A stretch of DNA of 51,893 nt. It comes from a virus (Duplodnaviria > Caudoviricetes). Below are positions 28,520 to 36,145 of the stretch, in pieces. Position numbers and translations under genes: made by a program. The stretch's first letter is position 1. Every line of letters starts with the position of its first letter. The notes beneath the pieces were generated by a model. It searched no databases, was not told the DNA's origin, and was given only the letters and a program-made list of their open reading frames with translations. The stretch spans positions 1 through 51,893 of the IMG/VR virus record IMGVR_UViG_3300048836_000042; one strand, given 5' to 3'.

Positions 28520-28784
28520 ACTCTCTCCGATTCAGTTTGAAGTTAAACCAGACACCATCAATTTCAAAAGACTGGATTTTTTGATACGAGGTGCTTCGTA
28601 CTTTGGTTTTATGGGCATTAATCGCCAGAGTAATTCCCTTGTTCCTGCGATCTATGGTGAGATCCTCCACTAGCTGGCTGCCACAGCATTCCGCAATCCT
28701 CCCCCCTAAACAGTATTCGGCGTCCGGCTTTGTGAGAGCAGGCTGGATCTCCCAGTTTTTGAGGAACTCAATCAACTGTGGCAT
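28509..28784 (-). CDS. Hypothetical protein with CCG motif
   Basis: Coupled ORF. Confidence 0.6.
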   Translation of the reverse strand: MPQLIEFLKNWEIQPALTKPDAEYCLGGRIAECCGSQLVEDLTIDRRNKGITLAINAHKTKVRSTSYQKIQSFEIDGVWFNFKLNRREYED

Positions 28785-29415
28785 ATTGTTGCAGCTTTTC
28801 GTTAACGTAGTTAATCACATACCGATTGGCAGGAGTATTTTCGTCCATCATCTCCGGATGCCATTGAATGGCAAAGCCTTTGAGTTGTGGGAAGTACACG
28901 AACTCTGGTTCGATAGGCATCTCCACATCGACATCCACATCGTAATGCACAGCACTCCGGATTCGATCCGACCAAGCAATCATTTCATGCTCAACTTCAA
29001 ACGGATACAACATCTGATGGTGGATGCTGTTGACATTAATCCGTTTATTGTCATAAGTGAGCACGTCGTGCATCCCCATGTGATTGTCAACGTGTTGGAT
29101 GAGATAGCCTCCAGCCAGGGCACACAACATCTGCGCCCCACGGCACACACCAATGATGGGAATACCGATCTCTTTGGCACGTCGCATCAGGTCCCACTCG
29201 ATCCTGTCACGTTGACTGAGCGTGTCCATCGCGTGAGTGTATCGTGATCGACCTCGATTGTATAGGGCGGGGCTGATGTCACCACCACCCCAGACAATTA
29301 GAACGTCGTCTTCTCGCAACAGATCCGGGTTACTGCTGTGTGCAGTATCAATAACTCCATTAATCAGATGGAAGGGATGGAAATCATCGTAAATAGCGGA
29401 GAAAAGGCGAATCAT
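28768..29415 (-). CDS. Class I glutamine amidotransferase / peptidase C26-like
   Basis: GGGDISPALY, RD..E, GVCRGAQ, NSIHHQ, QWHPE. Confidence 0.92.
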   Translation of the reverse strand: MIRLFSAIYDDFHPFHLINGVIDTAHSSNPDLLREDDVLIVWGGGDISPALYNRGRSRYTHAMDTLSQRDRIEWDLMRRAKEIGIPIIGVCRGAQMLCALAGGYLIQHVDNHMGMHDVLTYDNKRINVNSIHHQMLYPFEVEHEMIAWSDRIRSAVHYDVDVDVEMPIEPEFVYFPQLKGFAIQWHPEMMDENTPANRYVINYVNEKLQQYATVD

Positions 29416-29729
29416 ACGGGCATCAGTCCTTGGTCAGTAAATTCAGCACGAACACTCGGGGTTTCTGGGACATAGGTCACTTCCTCTACTTTGCAAAGGG
29501 CGTAAGAGTTCCTCCGGTTAGTGCGTTGCATATAGTCCAGCGTGATCTCAGCATCCCGCCGATTGTCACACCAAACAACCATTGTATCCGCCGTAATTTC
29601 TCCCATCCAGCTTTGATCACGGCCCTGCTGTACATAACTTTGGACAGCCAGGCCCCGGTCACGATCTCGTACAACAAAGTTGAACTGTGGAAGAATCTGC
29701 ACTACAGCATATCGACGAGGTGTCGTCAT
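29412..29729 (-). CDS. Hypothetical protein
   Basis: GGAG RBS, coupled. Confidence 0.65.
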   Translation of the reverse strand: MTTPRRYAVVQILPQFNFVVRDRDRGLAVQSYVQQGRDQSWMGEITADTMVVWCDNRRDAEITLDYMQRTNRRNSYALCKVEEVTYVPETPSVRAEFTDQGLMPV

Positions 29730-30094
29730 TATTTACTCCGTTTCAATTGGGAAGGAATACACATTCTGGTTACACCAGAGTCGAAGTCTACTTCGAGGAA
29801 GAAGGGTTTGTTATTAACCCAGTTAACTTTGGTATGATCGGTTTCTACGTGACTGACGGTTCCTCTGTTAGATGTCCCTCGCTGCTTAACACGATGTCCG
29901 GCTACAAAACGATTGGCCTTGACGTGCCTAGCGAGGACTAGTTCCCTATAGTTAGGGTCTTTGGGATCGAAGTGTGTCCGCGTTTCCTTCTGGTCACGCG
30001 GGTGATTCACTATGATTGCGTAGCTGATCAAGGTATGGTTTAACCACGTTAATGTACTCATTCTCAGTAATGCGACGGACCAATTGGATGTCAT
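29729..30094 (-). CDS. Hypothetical protein (start probably near 30010)
   Basis: Operon-direction ORF. Confidence 0.55.
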   Translation of the reverse strand: MTSNWSVALLRMSTLTWLNHTLISYAIIVNHPRDQKETRTHFDPKDPNYRELVLARHVKANRFVAGHRVKQRGTSNRGTVSHVETDHTKVNWVNNKPFFLEVDFDSGVTRMCIPSQLKRSK

Positions 30095-30407
30095 CCCAAC
30101 GGGCCATCCCCTTTAGCGAGACAAGATACAGGAGTTCAGGGTGATGCGGACCATACTTCTTGATGGTCATCTGTTCAAAATTATCCTGGATTTTCTCCAC
30201 TTTCAGTACAGCATAGGCAACGTCCGCTCCCGAGAGAGTCTGTGTCCGATAAGTAACGTAGTCACCAACCTGGATGCCGAACTTTTCCCGCCACTTGTCT
30301 AGGTCGGCTTGAGACTTGATGTCTGGATTCGGCCGCCCTCGGTTGGTCCAGTTCGACGAATTGTAGGTGTGCGGCGGTTTAACAACAATAATCTCATGTG
30401 AGATCAT
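29994..30407 (-). CDS. Hypothetical protein
   Basis: ATGA-coupled ORF. Confidence 0.6.
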   Translation of the reverse strand: MISHEIIVVKPPHTYNSSNWTNRGRPNPDIKSQADLDKWREKFGIQVGDYVTYRTQTLSGADVAYAVLKVEKIQDNFEQMTIKKYGPHHPELLYLVSLKGMARWDDIQLVRRITENEYINVVKPYLDQLRNHSESPA

Positions 30408-30712
30408 ACCACGTATTTCCAGACGTAGTAAAAATTGTGCTCATCCTCGTCGAAGTTGCACACTTCGCATAGCGCACCAAGCAAGCGCGGAAGATCCTTC
30501 TTTCTGATGGGTTTCTTTTCCGTAAGCGCAGCCATTTCGCGCCCGATACGTTTGCAGAATTGATCCTTGGGATTGCAGAAGGTAACCTGCACCAGCACCG
30601 ACGTATGATCGTCCTTCTTGGGACTGATTAATGCTGTAAATGCACGCGGCTCCCGGTTGGGCAATTTGCCAGGGGCACTGTACCGGTGCACATAGAAGGG
30701 TTTGAAACTCAT
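30404..30712 (-). CDS. Hypothetical protein (C.PKDQF.KRIGR..A motif)
   Basis: AAAGGA RBS, coupled. Confidence 0.65.
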   Translation of the reverse strand: MSFKPFYVHRYSAPGKLPNREPRAFTALISPKKDDHTSVLVQVTFCNPKDQFCKRIGREMAALTEKKPIRKKDLPRLLGALCEVCNFDEDEHNFYYVWKYVV

Positions 30713-30915
30713 TTCGTTCCTTTGTGCGAGGAATTAAGACCTTTTAATAACGAATAATCAGTCACAACGATATAGTTGGACTTTGGCATTGGTACTATGC
30801 AATGACGATGTTCTTTTGCTTGGCGTTCTCCACAGCTAAGGCACAGATGATGACCAAGATTCCAACGCGCAGGAACCACATCATCGCCGCAAGCAGCGCA
30901 GTGGTGTCCATTCAT
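30709..30915 (-). CDS. Small Zn-finger protein (DksA/TraR C4-like spacing)
   Basis: CAACGD.V..AR...G..LCLSC. Confidence 0.65.
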   Translation of the reverse strand: MNGHHCAACGDDVVPARWNLGHHLCLSCGERQAKEHRHCIVPMPKSNYIVVTDYSLLKGLNSSHKGTK

Positions 30916-31421
30916 TTATCAATAATAATTTTAAAGTAAGTATCCGTGTCGGGTTCATACATCATAACCCCTTCCGGCCGCATATATCCCGGGGCCACCA
31001 AACTCCCATTTTGAATAAGAAAATTACGGGCTTCCTCCCAAGATGTCGCATGAATTACTGGAACCACCGAACAACATTTTGGAGTTTCTGGATTGTGTTC
31101 TCCCCACCGCCTTGTGTTAAACAAGCTGAATTTCTTCTCAGTTTGGTCATATCCTCTCTGAATCCCAGCTCCCCACCACTCACCAAAATGGTAACCGGGG
31201 CCTAATTTTAATAATTCTTCGTAATTTTCCATTGCCCATCTAGCGAACCCATAATTATCGTCTTCTGGGGAAATGAATCTCGTGCGAGACTGACAACGTA
31301 GATCCCCAGGATCTTCAGCACTAATCACCACACAAGCGTTTGTGCCGTCAATTTTTTCTGTGAAAACCGCCGGCCTCTTTTTTTCGAGTCGGATGATTTT
31401 TGGCCAAGGTTTGAATTCCAT
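30912..31421 (-). CDS. Minimal RNA ligase / nucleotidyltransferase
   Basis: TEKIDGTN (KxDG), QSR, FGEW.G.GIQ, F.LFN, PEGV. Confidence 0.8.
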   Translation of the reverse strand: MEFKPWPKIIRLEKKRPAVFTEKIDGTNACVVISAEDPGDLRCQSRTRFISPEDDNYGFARWAMENYEELLKLGPGYHFGEWWGAGIQRGYDQTEKKFSLFNTRRWGEHNPETPKCCSVVPVIHATSWEEARNFLIQNGSLVAPGYMRPEGVMMYEPDTDTYFKIIIDK

Positions 31422-31664
31422 TTATCGGCTCGCAATAATAGCGTTATTGTTGCAGATCATGGTGTTTATGTCCTGCCCATACGTGATAGGCATGTCTCGC
31501 GCCAGCACGCCATGCAGCCAACGCAGCAGGTCATGCCCAACGCGCATACCCGCCAGCCTGTATGTCGATGATCGACCTTGACGAACCCTAACCCAGTCAC
31601 CCCATTGGGTACCTAGGAACAGGTCATACGTGTTGTTGTCGATACGTCGTGCTTCGATTAGCAT
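31422..31664 (-). CDS. Hypothetical early protein
   Basis: GGAGTTAATC-ATG. Confidence 0.65.
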   Translation of the reverse strand: MLIEARRIDNNTYDLFLGTQWGDWVRVRQGRSSTYRLAGMRVGHDLLRWLHGVLARDMPITYGQDINTMICNNNAIIASR

Positions 31665-31687
31665 GATTAACTCCAATTAATTAGGAG

Positions 31688-31716
31688 GAAAAAGAAAAGG
31701 GTGGCCGAAGCCACCC
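31688..31716 (-). terminator. Intrinsic terminator
   Basis: GGGTGGC-TTCG-GCCACCC-TTTTCTTTTT. Confidence 0.8.
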
Positions 31717-31738
31717 AGGCGAGATACCGATACATCCG

Positions 31739-31909
31739 TTATTGGACGTGCTCGGTAGTAGGTGCCACGGCAACGTGGTCTTTAAACAGATTAATTGCCT
31801 TGTCAAGAGCCATTGACGCTTCCGCGTATGGATCTTGATTCTTGGGAACAGAAACATACCCAATCACTTCAGTGCAATCAGGTGAGTAAACAGCATAACG
31901 CGCTTCCAT
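31739..31909 (-). CDS. Small hypothetical protein (MEARYAVY...)
   Basis: AAGGA RBS; this is the plausible 3' part of the tracked 31739..32149 ORF. Confidence 0.6.
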   Translation of the reverse strand: MEARYAVYSPDCTEVIGYVSVPKNQDPYAEASMALDKAINLFKDHVAVAPTTEHVQ

Positions 31910-31922
31910 TTGCAATCCTTTG

Positions 31923-32519
31923 CTAAATGCCATAGACCAAAGCGTTGAAGTCTTTTCTCGCCGAAGCCCACGCCGCGTCCCACGCCGCAGCACCGCCGGC
32001 AGCCCTCGCCGAAGCCCTCGCCGCGTCCCACGCCGAAGCCCACGCCGCGTCCCACGCCGCGTCCCTCGCCGAAGCCCACGCCGCAGCACCGCCGGCAGCC
32101 CTCGCCGAAGCCCACGCCGCGTCCCTCGCCGCAGCCCGGATTGACTCATCGCCGGTCATGAGGTAGTCGAGCACTACATCCGGCGGTGACCACATATGCA
32201 CCACAGACAGCGCCTGCATCCGCGCGTAGTAGCGGAGCATCTCTGTCGCGTCCATCCGCGCGATGATGGTGCGTTCGCTGCACGCGATCTTTTCCTCCGG
32301 GTCGCCGTGATGGACGATGACGCCGCCGCATTTGACGAGGCACAAGACCGGGCCGGGCGCGTATCGCAGGGCGTCGAATGGCTCACGACTAGCGTGCAGG
32401 CCAGATTGGCACGGCACGACTGGCCCGGTGTGAATCAGCTTCACTCCGTCAGCAGGAACGGGCCCTCCGTTGCGCAGGGTGTCACCGACAAAGTGCCACG
32501 CGAATACGTCACTCATCAT
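31923..32519 (-). CDS. GC-rich hypothetical protein with AAWDA/ASARA repeats
   Basis: GAGGAGG RBS; C.SGLHAS motif; Ala-rich repeat tract. Confidence 0.75.
   Translation of the reverse strand: MMSDVFAWHFVGDTLRNGGPVPADGVKLIHTGPVVPCQSGLHASREPFDALRYAPGPVLCLVKCGGVIVHHGDPEEKIACSERTIIARMDATEMLRYYARMQALSVVHMWSPPDVVLDYLMTGDESIRAAARDAAWASARAAGGAAAWASARDAAWDAAWASAWDAARASARAAGGAAAWDAAWASARKDFNALVYGI
31958..32135. repeat. Degenerate 12-nt tandem coding repeat
   Basis: Units such as GCGGCGTGGGAC / TCGGCGAGGGCT. Confidence 0.85.
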
Positions 32520-32661
32520 TAACCTCCTCGTGATAAAGCTTGACGGCCTGCCGGATCTCATCATCCGAATACCCGGTATTCCGGAGATACTGCCACACAT
32601 TATACCAAGGGCTGTTCTCCATCCAGATGATCTTTTCGAGAACTTCACGAACGCGGTCCAT
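32509..32661 (-). CDS. Small hypothetical protein
   Basis: AAGGAGTTAATC-ATG. Confidence 0.65.
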   Translation of the reverse strand: MDRVREVLEKIIWMENSPWYNVWQYLRNTGYSDDEIRQAVKLYHEEVNDE

Positions 32662-32672
32662 GATTAACTCCT

Positions 32673-32876
32673 TTATTGATTGGCAAATTCCTGGGCAAAC
32701 TCCGGCCGCAGACCGAACTTCAAGGCGTTGCGATAAGCGTTTCCACGGCACACTGACACGTACCGTGGCCCGAGCTTCTGATTAGCGGCTGCATTGCACC
32801 AATGCCACATACTCCACTCAGAGTGGTGCCGCATTCCATTGGTGTTCAACTGCTCCGGGCGAAACAAATCAAACAT
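32673..32876 (-). CDS. Small hypothetical protein
   Basis: GGAGCTAATC-ATG just downstream of the tRNA. Confidence 0.6.
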   Translation of the reverse strand: MFDLFRPEQLNTNGMRHHSEWSMWHWCNAAANQKLGPRYVSVCRGNAYRNALKFGLRPEFAQEFANQ

Positions 32877-32896
32877 GATTAGCTCCATTAAAGGAC

Positions 32897-32981
32897 TGGT
32901 GCGACCGATGGGACTCGAACCCATACGGATTACTCCGGCAGATTTTAAGTCTGCTGTGGCTACCAATTACACCACGGTCGC
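32897..32981 (-). tRNA. tRNA-Leu(UAA), CCA encoded
   Basis: GCGACCG/CGGTCGC acceptor stem, GCAGA-CTTAAAA-TCTGC anticodon arm, long variable arm, GGTTCGAGTCC T arm, ACCA end. Confidence 0.95.
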
Positions 32982-32988
32982 GGTTAGG

Positions 32989-33201
32989 TTACAGGATGCC
33001 GGCCTTTTCCAGCTTCTTGGCGGTGCTGTACTTCAGCTTCGCGTTGCCACTCTGATCGGCAGTGACACCCAGCTTGGTGTGCTCCGCATTGTAGAGCGTG
33101 CGGCGTGCCACCCAGTTGCCCGGCTGTTGATGATCGACCTTCATGGCGGCCATCGCCAGCGCTGCGCCCATCGAAGTGGGCCGATAAACCTTGTTAATCA
33201 T
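32989..33201 (-). CDS. Small early protein
   Basis: GGAG RBS. Confidence 0.65.
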   Translation of the reverse strand: MINKVYRPTSMGAALAMAAMKVDHQQPGNWVARRTLYNAEHTKLGVTADQSGNAKLKYSTAKKLEKAGIL

Positions 33202-33202
33202 G

Positions 33203-33379
33203 TTAGTTCTCCACACGATGCCCACAACCCGGGGCGTAGTTGTTGATTGCCTCTTCCAGCCGACGCTCGCATGCTTTCTCATCCAACGGCGAGCAAAGCT
33301 CCAAGAAACACTCCAGTGCGATCTGCTTCAACGCTTTACAGCGTGCCACAAGCATCTCATACCCATCAGCTTCGGTCAT
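33203..33379 (-). CDS. Small early protein (58 aa, not in the ORF track)
   Basis: MTEADGYEMLVARC...; ATGA coupling. Confidence 0.55.
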   Translation of the reverse strand: MTEADGYEMLVARCKALKQIALECFLELCSPLDEKACERRLEEAINNYAPGCGHRVEN

Positions 33380-33534
33380 TCCTCATTCTCCATGTAAGCA
33401 TAGCCCGCTTCTTGGGCCATGCGGTTGATAATCTCACACTCGGCAATATCCATGATCTGCCGCAGTGCCTCATCGTCGAGCAAGCCTACGCTATCGCGCA
33501 GACCGTCGAGCAACTCACGCGCGGACATGAGCAT
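33376..33534 (-). CDS. Small early protein (52 aa, not in the ORF track)
   Basis: MLMSARELLDGL...; GGAAGG RBS. Confidence 0.55.
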   Translation of the reverse strand: MLMSARELLDGLRDSVGLLDDEALRQIMDIAECEIINRMAQEAGYAYMENEE

Positions 33535-33679
33535 GATCGACCTTCCGGCGTTGCTTGGTGTAGACGCTGGCGTAGTAGGGGCGACAGTAGCTGTGACCGC
33601 GCTCGCCGTAGACGACAGGCTTCTCGCTGGTGTGTGCCTCGCTGCGCACGAGGCGGGGGAACTTCATGTAATTAAGCAT
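33515..33679 (-). CDS. Small early protein (54 aa, not in the ORF track)
   Basis: GGAG RBS; MLNYMKFPRLV... Confidence 0.55.
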   Translation of the reverse strand: MLNYMKFPRLVRSEAHTSEKPVVYGERGHSYCRPYYASVYTKQRRKVDHAHVRA

Positions 33680-33840
33680 GTTAATGCTCCGGTTGACTGT
33701 GCCACCATGACACAGAGGATTAGTCCCGTTAATGCCCTGGCCTCACAGCCCATCGAACCAGGGTTTACATTTGCCCAGTAACAGGGCGAGCCATTAACAG
33801 AACTAATCCCCTGTTGCCAGGGGAAGGGAAGGGGAGGGGA

Positions 33841-34470
33841 TCAGACCTCGTTCGCCTTGTTGCTGATCTCGACAAGAGTCTCGTACAGCCGCTGCTCCGT
33901 GGCGTCAGCATCCTGACTCGGGGCATTGTTCTTGAGAAACTTGGCAAGCTTCACCGCCAGGGTATCCGCCTTTCGGCCGGCCTTGGACTGCGAGAACGTC
34001 CGAGCATAGGCCACGAGCGTGTCATAGCCCGCATGTTCCAACATCTCCTTGTCGGTCTGGGCGTGCTTGCTCTTGTCGTCCAGGTTCTGGTTCACGTAGT
34101 CGCGCCAACCCTCGACACTGCCACCGCTGTTGAATGCATTGGCGATGGTTTGAAGCTTCGACACTTCGACAGACATGGAAGCCGTGTTCACCTTCGCGAA
34201 CTTCTCACCGAAGCCGGCCTCCTTCTGCGCCTTCGTCATCGATGCCTTGTCCGCCTTGATGGTGTTCAGGAACACGGTGCGGGCTTCCACTGTCATGTCG
34301 ATGATGCGGATAGCGAAGGCACGCCACTGACTGCGGCCACCCTTCGCATACGCCATGACTTCCGCCGCCAGCATGGTGCCGGCGAGCCTGTCATCCCTGG
34401 ATTCCACCCGAAGCGGTGCCTTCGTCATCGGACGGGAGCCAGTCTCGGCAATCACTTGCATCGAATGCAT
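33841..34470 (-). CDS. First early gene, helical hypothetical protein
   Basis: TAGGAGA RBS; GC3-rich codon usage. Confidence 0.8.
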   Translation of the reverse strand: MHSMQVIAETGSRPMTKAPLRVESRDDRLAGTMLAAEVMAYAKGGRSQWRAFAIRIIDMTVEARTVFLNTIKADKASMTKAQKEAGFGEKFAKVNTASMSVEVSKLQTIANAFNSGGSVEGWRDYVNQNLDDKSKHAQTDKEMLEHAGYDTLVAYARTFSQSKAGRKADTLAVKLAKFLKNNAPSQDADATEQRLYETLVEISNKANEV

Positions 34471-34899
34471 TTCAATCTCCTAGGTTAATACGCTCGACAT
34501 TGAACGTATTAGATAAGAGATTAATCTTATCAATCGGACACTCTAAGGATCTAGTCACAGTCTCACGACGTTAAAAGTGTTTCCATGTGCGTGCTCGCCT
34601 AGCATGGTGCCACCCATGCATGTATCCGATAAAGCTGTGACCGATTTTTGTAGTGCCGTCCACGTTTCTAACTAACCCTGCTGCTCGCATCCTCCAGAAC
34701 ATTCTACCGGGCAGAGTCATGACATATGCTCCCACATAGTCACGTAACTAACCTTCCGTTTGTCCTATGGTATCGCGCATTACCTAGGTTAATCTTCTCG
34801 CTACTAGGTCAACGTCTAGCGTATAGCTAGTATCACAGTATGCGTTACCCGTGTGGTTGCATTCGCGGCCTTCGCCACGCGGGAATACATCAATTAAGT

Positions 34900-34911
34900 T
34901 TTTAAAGAGCG
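34900..34911 (-). promoter_or_regulatory. boxA-like antitermination element
   Basis: CGCTCTTTAAAA immediately after the predicted TSS. Confidence 0.65.
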
Positions 34912-34918
34912 TGCTCAC

Positions 34919-34947
34919 ACTATAATCGAACTGAAAACCCGAGTCAA
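34919..34947 (-). promoter_or_regulatory. Early sigma70 promoter
   Basis: TTGACT-N17-TATAGT. Confidence 0.75.
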
Positions 34948-35023
34948 GCGCAGGGGCATTACCACCGAGCGGGTATGCGCCGCTACCTGTGAACCCTGCC
35001 AACTAGGACAGTTCGATTAACCG

Positions 35024-35035
35024 TGTTAAAGAGCG
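35024..35035 (-). promoter_or_regulatory. boxA antitermination element
   Basis: CGCTCTTTAACA, matching the rrn boxA core GCTCTTTAACA; downstream of extended -10 TGTGCATAAT. Confidence 0.7.
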
Positions 35036-35296
35036 TTGATATTTAATGTCATCTCTGACGGTTCCCATTATGCACACTAATGTGTTGTTTGGACGCCACA
35101 AATGGTAAGAATTTGTAACAGCGTAAGTGTGTACTCACTAACCTGGTCTGCGCCCGCGTCGCGCGATAGTCCAGAACGCGCGTAACGCACGCGCCCAGGC
35201 GCGCTAGGCGTGCCATGATACCACGTAGGCCAGGGGATGCAATAGGGGTTTACCCTGGGAATGTAACAGTGTGTGTGTTCTGTAACAGGATGTAGC

Positions 35297-35372
35297 TTAT
35301 CCACAGGCTTGATAACATGTGAACAACCTGTGGATTCACCTATGAAAACGGGTGTGGATAACATGTGAACAG
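35297..35372. promoter_or_regulatory. DnaA-box cluster
   Basis: Perfect TTATCCACA at 35297 (+) and 35353 (-), plus three degenerate boxes. Confidence 0.7.
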
Positions 35373-35499
35373 CCGCAGGCTGGGCAGATAACTTTTCCCT
35401 AGGGGTAGGGTACCTGGACGCTAGAAAAACGCTCTACGAGCCTTCTAGGGGCTTTGCTGGGGGTGCTCACATGGTGGGATGAAAGGGCACAGGATGGAA

Positions 35500-35559
35500 T
35501 GGCACGACGCTTGCTAGTGCCACTTGAGTCAACTCTGACGAGTTGGCATGGGCCTTGCT
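35500..35559 (+). promoter_or_regulatory. Two tandem sigma54 (-24/-12) consensus sites
   Basis: TGGCACGACGCTTGCT (35500-35515) and TGGCATGGGCCTTGCT (35544-35559). Confidence 0.65.
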
Positions 35560-35797
35560 TGGGGGGCCTTATACGGTACCGGGTGGGGTATATACCCCCC
35601 TAGGTATCTCTATCCCTGGAGACGGTAGCACCTATTCATTTGATAAATGTTGGTTTATCATGCTATAAAATATAGCAATTAATCGACTCTGTCCCCAATT
35701 TCAAGGGGGTGTGGGGGGAAAATTCTTGTGTTGGTGATGGGGTGTAATACACCATACTAAAATTCTTATAGTTTTTACACAATGGTCCTATAGGTCT

Positions 35798-35834
35798 AAA
35801 AAGAAAACCCCGGGGGTCGCTGACGCTCCCGGGG
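35798..35834 (-). terminator. Intrinsic terminator
   Basis: CCCCGGG...CCCGGGG-TTTTCTTTTT. Confidence 0.75.
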
Positions 35835-36138
35835 CTATAGACTTCTTATCGAAGATAAGACTAACTTTTATTGTTTTTATTATACATCACACGTAACACG
35901 TAGTGTTACAGTAGATATATTACATATATCACCCTTGGTGAAGACAAAGGTTAGCCATCCCACAATAAAGAGGATTAACCTTCATCTGCATCAAGGACAT
36001 CACCCTCGGAGCCAGACTGTACCTTGGACTGTTTTCACCACACGCTCTCAGGACACGTTGCACATCTGTGGATTTCCCGGTGGTATGTGCTTATTCAAGA
36101 CTGGAACCACCCGTTGAGTCCCCGTTCTTCCAGTCTAT
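35798..36138 (-). ncRNA. Candidate ~340-nt structured non-coding RNA
   Basis: Bounded by a strong promoter and a terminator; no long ORF; at least five hairpins. Confidence 0.5.
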
Positions 36139-36145
36139 GTCTAAT

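Noticed and set aside
31958-32135. CRISPR-like or DGR-like repeat
   Set aside because: Degenerate in-frame 12-nt coding repeats with no spacers; no cas or reverse transcriptase genes seen
31739-32149. Arg-rich RRGL/RRGT protamine-like ORF
   Set aside because: Alternative-frame shadow of the Ala-rich repeat; only the 3' 56 codons have their own RBS
32877-32966. N-terminal extension of the tracked ORF 32673..32966
   Set aside because: It overlaps the tRNA; a better RBS/ATG lies at 32876
33191-34488. Plus-strand ORFs over the early region
   Set aside because: Antisense shadows of coupled minus-strand genes that have good RBSs
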